A DNA stretch of 36,391 nucleotides, from the sequence record NC_034620.1; one strand, written 5' to 3'. The notes under the pieces were generated by a model. It was not told the DNA's origin. It worked only from the letters and a program-made list of their open reading frames with translations, and made no database searches. The position numbers and the translations under genes are program-made. This document shows positions 16,802-25,824 of the stretch, in pieces; the stretch's first letter is position 1; the number at the start of each line of letters is the position of its first letter.

Positions 16802-17185
16802 ATGAATTTTAGACAATCTGGAAAATATTATGAATATAAGACACTTAATTATCTTGAAAAACATGGATACAAAGCTATAAGAATTCCAGTTTCTGGAACT
16901 GGAAAACAGCCAATTCCAGATATTATAGCAACTAAGGATAATACAATTTTTCCAATTGAAGTTAAATCAACTTCACAAAATTATGTTGTAGTTGATAATT
17001 TTCAAATTGATAAATTGTTTAAGTTCTGTGAGATATTCAATTTTTGTAATTGTAAACCGTTAATACTAGTTCATTATAAAAAATATAAAAATGTCATAAT
17101 ATATAATTTGAGTCAAGATGTCAGAACAAAAGAAAAAATCAAATTTACCTTCAGAGCTAACAGCAAAACTGTATTTAGCACTTGA
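16802..17185 (+). CDS. hjc: Holliday junction resolvase (Hjc family)
   Basis: GKYYE...GYKAIRIPVSG...PDIIA...IEVKS PD-(D/E)XK motifs. Confidence 0.95.
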   Translation: MNFRQSGKYYEYKTLNYLEKHGYKAIRIPVSGTGKQPIPDIIATKDNTIFPIEVKSTSQNYVVVDNFQIDKLFKFCEIFNFCNCKPLILVHYKKYKNVIIYNLSQDVRTKEKIKFTFRANSKTVFST

Positions 17186-17327
17186 CGATTTAACTATGGC
17201 ATTAGCTACTTGTGATAGTGAAGAAATTAGAAAAAGTGAAGTTTTTCAAAAAGCTCTAGAAGTTGTAAAAATTGTTAAAGAAATGAGAAATGCTAAAATA
17301 AAATCTGATGAAGAAGAAAAAGCTTAA
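17118..17327 (+). CDS. Conserved rudiviral protein (69 aa, ORF69 type)
   Basis: TAKLYLALDDLTMALATCD...KALEVVKIVKEM; overlaps hjc by 68 nt. Confidence 0.8.
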   Translation: MSEQKKKSNLPSELTAKLYLALDDLTMALATCDSEEIRKSEVFQKALEVVKIVKEMRNAKIKSDEEEKA

Positions 17328-17489
17328 ATTACTATTTTTTTCAAGTTAAAGAGATATCAAGTTTGATATAACTCTTTTCATCTAAAATTTTTTTCTTTAT
17401 AAATCTCGTTACACTCTTTCTTTGCGTAAAATTACGTTAAGAAAAATAAAAATATCGAGAGATAAGAGTTTTAAAAGATTTCTTGTAAA

Positions 17490-17640
17490 CTAACGCGTTT
17501 GGTTTATATACTCATCATTACAATTTCTTAGCAAGATGATGAGAAAAAATATCATCTGGAGAATTGAAAGAAAGAGATTATAAAAAATAGTGACAAAAAA
17601 TGTAAATAAAAAAATCGAAAAACAAAAAAGTTTTTACTTC
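17490..17640 (+). ncRNA. Candidate small non-coding RNA containing a CRISPR-repeat-like unit (boundaries approximate)
   Basis: Promoter-like GAGATAAGAGTTTTAAAA (17459-17476) and TTTATATA (17503-17510), no ORF, hairpin 17511-17543, and AAATATCATCTGGAGAATTGAAAG at 17547-17570. Confidence 0.3.
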
Positions 17641-17741
17641 TTCAGTTGAAAACTTCAAAAAAAGGAAGAAGATTTTTACATAAAACAATTTTTACTTTTA
17701 CAACAACATTTATAATTTTATAATATACACATGATAATAAT

Positions 17742-20700
17742 ATGAGTTTCTTATTAAATCTTGGAGATTTAGGTACATTTTTTTCAGATGAGCTAACAGC
17801 ATTAGAGAATTTTGCAAATTTCTTAAGCTCTGATTTTATAAACTTTTTTAGTGCAGTAGTTAATGATATTGAAAATGTTGTAAGTTTCATAGGTCAGGCA
17901 ATTAGTGATATTCCAACTTTTATGCAAAAAATTGCTAACAATTTCTTGACGATTTTGCAAAACTTTGTACAAACTGCAATTCCAGTAGTTTCAGGATTTT
18001 TAACATTTCTTGAACAACAAATTATAAATGTATTTCAAGATTTGTCTTCTTTAGCTTCTACATTTATAAATGATGCATATTCATTTTTACAAGGTGTTGT
18101 AAATGCATTTGCAAATTTAATAAGTACAATAGTTCAAGATTTTCTAAATAATTTTGGTCAAAATATGAAACATATTAGTTCTGCAATTTCTCAAGTTACT
18201 CAATTTTTAACTCCATTTATCGCTCCAGTCACTTTAGGAAAATTTTTGCCAGCAATAATAGATAAATTAGCTGAAATTTTGCCAGAAGTTGAAATTGATT
18301 TAGCGCCAGTTGGCTTAGGCGGAAAAATTCCAATTAACTTTGGAGAAATTGTAAAAGCGTTTGCTGAAACTTCAGTTGACTTTTTAAATGAAGTAAGAGT
18401 AGAAATACAAACTACGCTTAAGGAGTTTATAAAAGAGCCATTTATTTCAGATTTTAAAATTACTGCGAGAGAAATATTTAATGAAATTGGTCTTGGAGAT
18501 TTACCATTTGCAGATCCTCCATTTAGATTAATTGCAAATTGGGTCGGTTCAAGATCATTTTCTGAAATTAAAGACCATCTTAAAGAAACAATTCTATTGA
18601 CTGGATTTCCAGCATGGTTTACTGATGCTTATCTAGAATCTCCAGTTGATGATTTTATACCAAGAAATCCGTTATTTAGACCAGTAAATATAAGAGATGT
18701 AATTTTAGCTTCACAATATGGAATTTTAGACTTTAGTGCAGTTTCTCAATATGCAGAAAATAATTTAATAACTCCAAAAACTGCAAAATTAATGTATCAA
18801 AATGAGACTGCGAGACTTTTACAAAGAGCAGTTGAAGAGGGAATTAGACAATTTGTAGTTACTCCTGAAAAAGCTTATCAAGAAATAATACAAAATGTTA
18901 ATTTAGCTGGTAAAGATTTATATCTAAAAGTTTTCTCTCTTGAGTACAATTATTCAGTTCAAAGAATTGTTAGACAGTTTTTAAGATCACTTTTATCAAG
19001 AGCTTTAACTAATTTTGGAAGACCATACATTGATCTAAAATTCCTAGAATCAACAGTTCAAAAATTATTTAAAGAACTAAATTATCCTGAAGAAGTTCAA
19101 AATGTTTTCAACATAATGATTGAACAATCTCAAATAGTTTATACTAATCAATTACTTTTGACACAATTAGAACAACTTACCAGATTAGGAATATTTGACG
19201 AAAAGAAAGTAAAAGCAGAGTTAAAAGCTAATAACTTTAATGAACAGATAGCACTTACAATTTTGAATTATGAACTTCAATATGTACAATTACAATATAT
19301 CTTGAAACAATACCAATTCATGTTACAAAATTATATTATTAGTACAAAAGATGCAGAAAATCAATTAAAGAAATTAGGCTTTGATTCATCTATAATTTCT
19401 GAGATAATTTTTGAATATCAAACAGCTCCATTAACAAAATATCAAATTAGCCAAATTGAAAGTTTGGCTAGAAAAGGATATTTATCAGTTGATGAAATTA
19501 AAAAACAATTACATTCATTAGGCATAATTAAGGAATTTGAAGACATATTTATCAATTACACAAGTCAAGAAATTCAAATATCAACAACTTTAAGTATTGT
19601 AAAAGAACAATTAAGAAACTTCCTAATAGATTCGAAAACTGTAGAAAATGAATTAAAAGCATTAAAAATTAATGATTATTTAATAAATGAGATAATTCAA
19701 GAAGAATATAACATAAATATATCTAAATTACAATTATCATATTTAGAAACTTTAGCTAAGAATTTATATTATGATCAAAATCAATTAGCCGGAGAATTAG
19801 CAAAAATTCTAAAAGATAAAACTGCAATAGATCTTTATACTCAAAAATTCTATTATGAATATGTATTTCCAAAAATTGTCAGTTATCACGTTAGTTTAGC
19901 AAGACATGGAATTTCCTCAAATATTTCAAACTTGCCAAAAGAAATTGTAGATTATGAAATTAATCCAGAAATCCAAATTTTCCAACTTACAACAGAATTA
20001 GAATATATAAAATCATTATTAAAAGATTTACAAATAACTCCAACAAATGCTGAAAACGAGTTAATAAAATTAGGAATGCAAAAAGATTTAGCTAATTTAT
20101 TTGTGCAAACTTATATTCCAACACTTTACAGTTTACATACAATTATTGGAAATATTATAGAAGGTCAACTTTACAAAGTTGGAAAAATTCCAATTAATTT
20201 AGGAAATGCAGAAACGCAATTAAGACAATTAGGAATTCCAGAAAACCAAATAAAAATAATTATTGAACAATATGAATCTTCATTTGGCTTAGAAATTTGG
20301 AGAAAATACTTACCTTCACTTTCTCAAATTGAAACTGCAATAAAATATAACTTTCCAATTAACCAATTAGTTGAATATTCATTTATACCATCTGAATTTC
20401 TTAACTTATATTCTAATTTATATCAATATGAATTAATTGGACAATATGTACAATCTTTGAGAAATGAATATATTCAACTTCTCACTTATGGAGTTCAAAA
20501 TATACAATTAGAGAATTTGCTAAAACAATATGGAATAAATCAAGTCCTATTAGAAGTTTTCAAATTATCAGCACAAATTAGAAAATTATTAATGGCTTAT
20601 CAAGAACTTTACATCACTCCATCTAAAGCACTCACAATTAGCGAATATATTAGCAATCCAAATCAACTTTTACAAAAAGTATTTTCCGAATTTCAAGTAC

Positions 20701-20918
20701 CAACAGATTTACAAAATACTTACTTAGAATATGCAAGAAATAGGAGACTTAGAACGTACGTAAATGAAATAATTTCAACAATCAATTTGTTATTTGAAAG
20801 ACAAAAAATAGATCTAAATACGGCTCAACAATACTTACAACAATTAAAACAATATGGTTTAACAAATGAAGAAATTCAATTAATCTTACTTAACTGGCAA
20901 TTAAGAAGTAACTATTAA
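17742..20918 (+). CDS. Large virion terminal-fibre protein (SIRV2 ORF1070/gp38 type, 1058 aa)
   Basis: Largest ORF; N-terminal amphipathic/coiled region, repeated helical units; conserved position after hjc. Confidence 0.92.
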   Translation: MSFLLNLGDLGTFFSDELTALENFANFLSSDFINFFSAVVNDIENVVSFIGQAISDIPTFMQKIANNFLTILQNFVQTAIPVVSGFLTFLEQQIINVFQDLSSLASTFINDAYSFLQGVVNAFANLISTIVQDFLNNFGQNMKHISSAISQVTQFLTPFIAPVTLGKFLPAIIDKLAEILPEVEIDLAPVGLGGKIPINFGEIVKAFAETSVDFLNEVRVEIQTTLKEFIKEPFISDFKITAREIFNEIGLGDLPFADPPFRLIANWVGSRSFSEIKDHLKETILLTGFPAWFTDAYLESPVDDFIPRNPLFRPVNIRDVILASQYGILDFSAVSQYAENNLITPKTAKLMYQNETARLLQRAVEEGIRQFVVTPEKAYQEIIQNVNLAGKDLYLKVFSLEYNYSVQRIVRQFLRSLLSRALTNFGRPYIDLKFLESTVQKLFKELNYPEEVQNVFNIMIEQSQIVYTNQLLLTQLEQLTRLGIFDEKKVKAELKANNFNEQIALTILNYELQYVQLQYILKQYQFMLQNYIISTKDAENQLKKLGFDSSIISEIIFEYQTAPLTKYQISQIESLARKGYLSVDEIKKQLHSLGIIKEFEDIFINYTSQEIQISTTLSIVKEQLRNFLIDSKTVENELKALKINDYLINEIIQEEYNINISKLQLSYLETLAKNLYYDQNQLAGELAKILKDKTAIDLYTQKFYYEYVFPKIVSYHVSLARHGISSNISNLPKEIVDYEINPEIQIFQLTTELEYIKSLLKDLQITPTNAENELIKLGMQKDLANLFVQTYIPTLYSLHTIIGNIIEGQLYKVGKIPINLGNAETQLRQLGIPENQIKIIIEQYESSFGLEIWRKYLPSLSQIETAIKYNFPINQLVEYSFIPSEFLNLYSNLYQYELIGQYVQSLRNEYIQLLTYGVQNIQLENLLKQYGINQVLLEVFKLSAQIRKLLMAYQELYITPSKALTISEYISNPNQLLQKVFSEFQVPTDLQNTYLEYARNRRLRTYVNEIISTINLLFERQKIDLNTAQQYLQQLKQYGLTNEEIQLILLNWQLRSNY

Positions 20919-20961
20919 ACAACTAAATAAATAAATTTGTCACATTTTTAAACTAGAAATT

Positions 20962-21777
20962 ATGAGCGTTAATTTATGTCATTATGAGGCGGAAAATATA
21001 AGTTATAAAGATTTAGAAAATCTTCAAGGTATGATATATTATGAGATAAAATATGATGGAACACATATTTGTTTAAAGTATGAAAATGAACTAAAAATTA
21101 ATACTAGAAAAGATATACCTCATGATAAAACATTTCAGAATTTGTTTTATCAAGTTCCAAATATTGATGAAATTATAAAATATATAAAAGAACATAACAA
21201 TTATATAATACATGGGGAACTTATACATAAAAAGACATCAGCATTACAGATTCACAAAAATGAAACTCCAGAATTTATAATTTATGATGTTTTTGATAAA
21301 GAAAATAATAGATATTTAAATCCATTTGAAGTTGATAGTGAAATTTACGAATGGTATCCAGAAATTTGTTTAGATTTAGATGATTTACTTGATATTATAA
21401 CTAAAGAAAAACTTGAGGGCTTAGTAGCTAAAATCTATAATCCGAAATTTGCAAATTGTGAAGAAGGCAGAAATTTTAACATGTGTCTTTTCAAATACAA
21501 ACCATATTTTTCAACTTTAGGAGTAATATTTAAACCAATTAGGAGAGAAATTGATGTTAGACAATTAGCGTTTCTTCTCGGCGAAATAGATAATGATTTA
21601 AAGAATAATAAAGATGAATGGTATAGAAATCATCCAGAACTTTACAAGTTCTTTATCGAAAATAAAGATAAAATAATACAGATACTACAAAACGAAAACT
21701 TCATATTACAAATTGAAGAAAATACACATTTAGACATTAAGAAAATTAAAGAATATATTACAAATTTCAAAAGATAA
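20962..21777 (+). CDS. ATP-dependent polynucleotide ligase-family nucleotidyltransferase, RNA-ligase-like (271 aa)
   Basis: Motif I EIKYDGT, Ia TRK, III IIHGEL, IIIa FIIYDVF, IV LEGLVAK, V LFKYK; no OB domain. Confidence 0.85.
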   Translation: MSVNLCHYEAENISYKDLENLQGMIYYEIKYDGTHICLKYENELKINTRKDIPHDKTFQNLFYQVPNIDEIIKYIKEHNNYIIHGELIHKKTSALQIHKNETPEFIIYDVFDKENNRYLNPFEVDSEIYEWYPEICLDLDDLLDIITKEKLEGLVAKIYNPKFANCEEGRNFNMCLFKYKPYFSTLGVIFKPIRREIDVRQLAFLLGEIDNDLKNNKDEWYRNHPELYKFFIENKDKIIQILQNENFILQIEENTHLDIKKIKEYITNFKR

Positions 21778-21796
21778 CAACATTTAGACCAAGCCA

Positions 21797-21816
21797 TATA
21801 CATAATATTATGTATA
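21797..21816. promoter_or_regulatory. Perfect 20-bp palindrome TATACATAATATTATGTATA upstream of the 566-aa virion gene
   Basis: Read directly; same family as sites at 9922, 9982, 13521, 15903 and 26670. Confidence 0.75.
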
Positions 21817-21858
21817 AGCTATGTGTGTTTATTTCTGTCAAGTTAATAATTTTTTCAT

Positions 21859-23559
21859 ATGAGCTTACCATACAAAGTACGTTTTAAGTTACCGTTAGAA
21901 TTTCTAACGTTACAAGACTGGAATAATTTTGTGCAAAATTTGTTATTTATAAATCAATATGGTTCAGCAAAGCTATTACAATATTATCAAAATGGGAATT
22001 TTCAAAATCTAAATGATGTAATTGCTGACTATTTATTTGTTTCAGCTTTAAAAGTAGCTGGATATAATGTTCTTCATAATTTATCACAACCACAAGCTTA
22101 TACATTTGGGGAAGGAAAACAACAGCCATTTGAAAGCATGGCAAATAAACCAATAATTCAACTGAAGCCTGTAATATTTCCAATTCTAAATTTTCAGATA
22201 CAATTATCTAAAGTTAGTAAACAATTGCAATTATTAATTCCTAAACTAACAAGTAAAATTATAACTCCAAACCAAATTGCTGGAACACAATTCCAATTTT
22301 CTGGGAGTGCAAATTTACAACAAATAACTTCACAATATTTAGATCCATCATATTTACAAACTTGGAGAGAAATAATAATACAAAATTTAGGCAGTTCTGC
22401 AGTTCAAATTAATAATTCTATCTATTTAATGCCTAAAAATTGTTTAAAGATAACTGTAAGTTCACCAAGTGAAATTCAATTAACCGCACAAACTCCAACT
22501 TTGCTAAGTGAAGAAATTGAATTTGTTGGAATTCCAATAACATTTTATACAATTACGATAACAAATTCACAGAGTGATCCAACTCCATCTCCATTCCAAC
22601 AATTACTTCAACTTAATCTTTCTTCAATTTTATCAAGTTCTAGTCAATTATTAAATTTAGAATTTTGTTTAGATTCACAATGTAATACTCCACTTTACGC
22701 ATGGATTGAAAGTTATACTTCTGATTTATCAAGTGTTTATATTTGGATTAATTTGCCAACTTCAATACCAGCAAATTCATCAATTACAATTTATATGTTT
22801 ATAAGAAATTCAATTCAATATCCTTATACTGGAATGAGACCAGATTTATCCGCGAGTTATGCACAATATGATAACGGAAAAAATATATTTTTAATTTATT
22901 TTAATGGCAATGAACCATTATCTAATTTTAATAATCAAGGAAATTCATTAACTCAAATATCTACAACCGGACCGTTAGGAAATACAATAAATGCAATTTA
23001 TATAAGTGGTTATAATTCACATTTTGGATTTGTATATACTGCTAAGTATATATCAAATCAAGCAGTAATTGCAGAATCATCAGTGATAGATCTAGGAAAT
23101 CAAACAGGTGGATTAAATGCAGATAATGGATTTTCTTCTATAGTTGATAGTACTTCAATTGGTAATTTAAATGCAATAAGTGTGGATATGGGGTATTCTG
23201 GTTCTTATTTTTCTAATGATTATTTTATAAGTGGAACTCAAACTTCTGATTTAAACCCAGCAGGAACTGCAGTATCACAGTGGCTTTATGCATGGGTCGT
23301 ATATTCTGGAACATCAAGTACTTCATGGTATGGATGTATAGCACCTCAACTTTATAGCTCAACTAATGGTTATTGTGGTACAGTTGGCAATAATCCATTT
23401 TCTAGTTCTTCTCAATTATATTTAGGTATAATTGGTAGTGTAAATTCTAGTTATCAGTGGCAAACTGCATGGAATTTTATGAGGTTAAGAGCTTATCCTC
23501 CAAATAACGTAATGCCTTCAAATTCTCAACCACAAAAGACAATAGTTCTAGTCACGTGA
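21859..23559 (+). CDS. Minor virion protein (SIRV2 ORF564 type) with DUF2341-like beta domain
   Basis: TITITNSQSDPTP...PLYAWIESY...IWINLPTSIPANSSITIYM pattern; S/T/N/G-rich C-terminal half. Confidence 0.87.
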   Translation: MSLPYKVRFKLPLEFLTLQDWNNFVQNLLFINQYGSAKLLQYYQNGNFQNLNDVIADYLFVSALKVAGYNVLHNLSQPQAYTFGEGKQQPFESMANKPIIQLKPVIFPILNFQIQLSKVSKQLQLLIPKLTSKIITPNQIAGTQFQFSGSANLQQITSQYLDPSYLQTWREIIIQNLGSSAVQINNSIYLMPKNCLKITVSSPSEIQLTAQTPTLLSEEIEFVGIPITFYTITITNSQSDPTPSPFQQLLQLNLSSILSSSSQLLNLEFCLDSQCNTPLYAWIESYTSDLSSVYIWINLPTSIPANSSITIYMFIRNSIQYPYTGMRPDLSASYAQYDNGKNIFLIYFNGNEPLSNFNNQGNSLTQISTTGPLGNTINAIYISGYNSHFGFVYTAKYISNQAVIAESSVIDLGNQTGGLNADNGFSSIVDSTSIGNLNAISVDMGYSGSYFSNDYFISGTQTSDLNPAGTAVSQWLYAWVVYSGTSSTSWYGCIAPQLYSSTNGYCGTVGNNPFSSSSQLYLGIIGSVNSSYQWQTAWNFMRLRAYPPNNVMPSNSQPQKTIVLVT

Positions 23560-23567
23560 GGTCAAAC

Positions 23568-23732
23568 ATGATGTTCTTTAATTCAAAATTAAGTTCATTC
23601 GGCTTTAATTCAGAATTTAAAAATCTCCAGATTTGCCTCATACCGAACAAGTGCAATTTTGGAATTGATAATATAAAAATTATGAATATAGTTTTAAATC
23701 ATTTATTCAAAATTAAGCACGTAGTGATGTAA
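23568..23732 (+). CDS. Small protein (54 aa; not in ORF track) inside the virion gene operon
   Basis: GAGGT RBS at 23558-23562; fills the gap exactly and stops 2 nt before ATG 23735. Confidence 0.6.
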   Translation: MMFFNSKLSSFGFNSEFKNLQICLIPNKCNFGIDNIKIMNIVLNHLFKIKHVVM

Positions 23733-23734
23733 AA

Positions 23735-25270
23735 ATGTCTTCAACTTACTGCGTTCAATTACCAGAAAATCTTTTATTATTATCTATGACTACAGTAAAT
23801 CCTATAAACTTTACATCTTTGCAATTTTCATTAAGCGTAAATTCGCTAGTTATATTTCTATTCTCAAAATATCCTTTTAATTCTGGTTATTACAATAATT
23901 TTTGTATAAATCAAGATGAGTTTGGATTTGCACAAGTTGGACAAACTTTCAATATAGATCTATCAAATTATCAAGGATATTATATGCTAATTTTAATTTA
24001 TCCACAAGGAATTAATTTAAAGAGTTCTAAAAGTTGTGTCTCGATTCAAGGTTTAACTATGACTTTTCAGAATACAACAATTTCACCAATTACAAGTGAA
24101 ACTGTAATTAATAATTTTGATGGTCAAGAAGAAACCGGATTTTGTACATGTTATGATGGTCAAAGTCATGTAATAGAAATTCTATGTAATAATTCAAATT
24201 ATGTTTCTGCTATTTTATTAAATAATTTAAATAATCAATTACTAATAATGACTTGTCAAGGATTTGTATATGAAAATAATACAACTGTAGGATTTATAAC
24301 GCCAAGTACATGTGGTACTTTTGGTTCATATTTAACAGCAGAAATAACATTTATTGCAAATCAATCAGTTATAGATTTTCTAAATAATAATAATATCTCT
24401 TATAATATTTTATCATCTACTGAATGTCAACCAACTTATAAATTATTACCATGTACTTTACCATGTAAATCGTTTTACCAAATTACAAAATTATTATCTC
24501 CACCAACTAAATATTCTATAATATCTTCAAAATTATGGAATGAAATTGTACAAGACCTATATCTAACTTATAGTGTATTTAAATATATTAATTATTTAAC
24601 ACAATATGCATATTTAGACTATATATATCCTACAATTTTAGACTTTTATAATTTTTATGAAAACTTTCAACCATATCCATTTACTCAATTATTGTATGCA
24701 CAAAAAGGAATTCCATTAACTGTAAACGATTTTAACAAATTAATAGATGCAATTGTAAAATTAGCAAATGAAAATGATATAAAATTGAAAAAAGGACTTT
24801 CTTATGTTCAGCGTGATCAAGTCGTAAGAGCTTCACAATTTGCAAATATAGTTTATAATGTTAATCAATTTCTAACTTTTAATTATAATCAATATTTTCT
24901 ATTAGATTGTAATGGATCAATTTTCTCGAATTTATTGAATAAACAAAATGCATTTTTAAATGTCATAATTAATAATTTAGTAACTTCACTTAATATTCCT
25001 TCAAACGTTTATATTAAAAACTTATTAATATATACTTTAAATCAAACTATTTATAATTATGGTGTAATAGATAAATTAATAATTAATATTAATAACGGCG
25101 AAATTTATCTTAATGGAAATTCATTTATAAATTTTCTACTTATAACTGACAATAATAATAATATTTATGTAAATGATAATTCAGTAATAAACAATTTAAT
25201 TTGTATTAGTAATACTGGCACTATAAATATCTCATCAAATGCAATAATTAAAAATAATCAATGTGCTTAA
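23735..25270 (+). CDS. Putative virion/adhesion protein (511 aa) with Cys-rich N-terminal half and C-terminal beta-solenoid repeats
   Basis: Downstream of the ORF564-type gene; about 20-aa N/I-rich repeats at the C-terminus. Confidence 0.8.
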   Translation: MSSTYCVQLPENLLLLSMTTVNPINFTSLQFSLSVNSLVIFLFSKYPFNSGYYNNFCINQDEFGFAQVGQTFNIDLSNYQGYYMLILIYPQGINLKSSKSCVSIQGLTMTFQNTTISPITSETVINNFDGQEETGFCTCYDGQSHVIEILCNNSNYVSAILLNNLNNQLLIMTCQGFVYENNTTVGFITPSTCGTFGSYLTAEITFIANQSVIDFLNNNNISYNILSSTECQPTYKLLPCTLPCKSFYQITKLLSPPTKYSIISSKLWNEIVQDLYLTYSVFKYINYLTQYAYLDYIYPTILDFYNFYENFQPYPFTQLLYAQKGIPLTVNDFNKLIDAIVKLANENDIKLKKGLSYVQRDQVVRASQFANIVYNVNQFLTFNYNQYFLLDCNGSIFSNLLNKQNAFLNVIINNLVTSLNIPSNVYIKNLLIYTLNQTIYNYGVIDKLIININNGEIYLNGNSFINFLLITDNNNNIYVNDNSVINNLICISNTGTINISSNAIIKNNQCA

Positions 25271-25339
25271 TATAGAACTTTTACATATTCGGTTTTAATT
25301 TTAAATTAAAAAGTTCTAAATTTGACCTCATAATGCTCT

Positions 25340-25822
25340 TCATAATTTGCAAAATATAAATTCTTTATTATCATCAGTTATAAAAGTTAGAACTGTGCCG
25401 TATAATTTTCGCATTAAATCAAAACGGTTCTCTGTCCAATCATGAATAGCTATACAATATTGTTTGTATTTTTGTAATTGAGAAAAATCAAGTTTACTTT
25501 CGCATCCCTCACAATCCATAACTAAAATATCAGCATTTGGATATTCTTTTCCAGTCCATTCGCCGTAAACTTCAACTTTATCACATATTTGAAATTCTTT
25601 ACAAACTTTTTCTTTAAATCTTTTATTCAGCTCATCACTTTTTTCATAACCAATTATTTTCTTTGCACCTTTAAGAAGAAAATACAAAGCAGAACTTCCA
25701 CAATCATTTCCAATTATTATAATTGTTTTATTTTCAACTTGCAATTTTCCATATGCATAATCAAACTCATGCCAATAACAACACTCTAATTTACAAAAAT
25801 AATCTTTATAATTTATACTCAT
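25340..25822 (-). CDS. SAM-dependent methyltransferase (FkbM-like, SIRV ORF158 type)
   Basis: Motif I variant IIIIGNDCGSSALYF, IIGYEK, DILVMDCEGCE. Confidence 0.85.
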   Translation of the reverse strand: MSINYKDYFCKLECCYWHEFDYAYGKLQVENKTIIIIGNDCGSSALYFLLKGAKKIIGYEKSDELNKRFKEKVCKEFQICDKVEVYGEWTGKEYPNADILVMDCEGCESKLDFSQLQKYKQYCIAIHDWTENRFDLMRKLYGTVLTFITDDNKEFIFCKL

Positions 25823-25824
25823 GA

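Noticed and set aside
17670-17700. Late palindrome upstream of the fibre gene
   Set aside because: Only a partial half-site (TTTACAT) is present, so it was not counted in the set.
17642-17890. 82-aa minus-strand ORF
   Set aside because: Mostly antisense to the fibre gene start; no promoter or RBS.
20962-21777. Calling the ligase a standard ATP-dependent DNA ligase
   Set aside because: It lacks the motif I arginine and the C-terminal OB domain; kept as an alternative hypothesis only.
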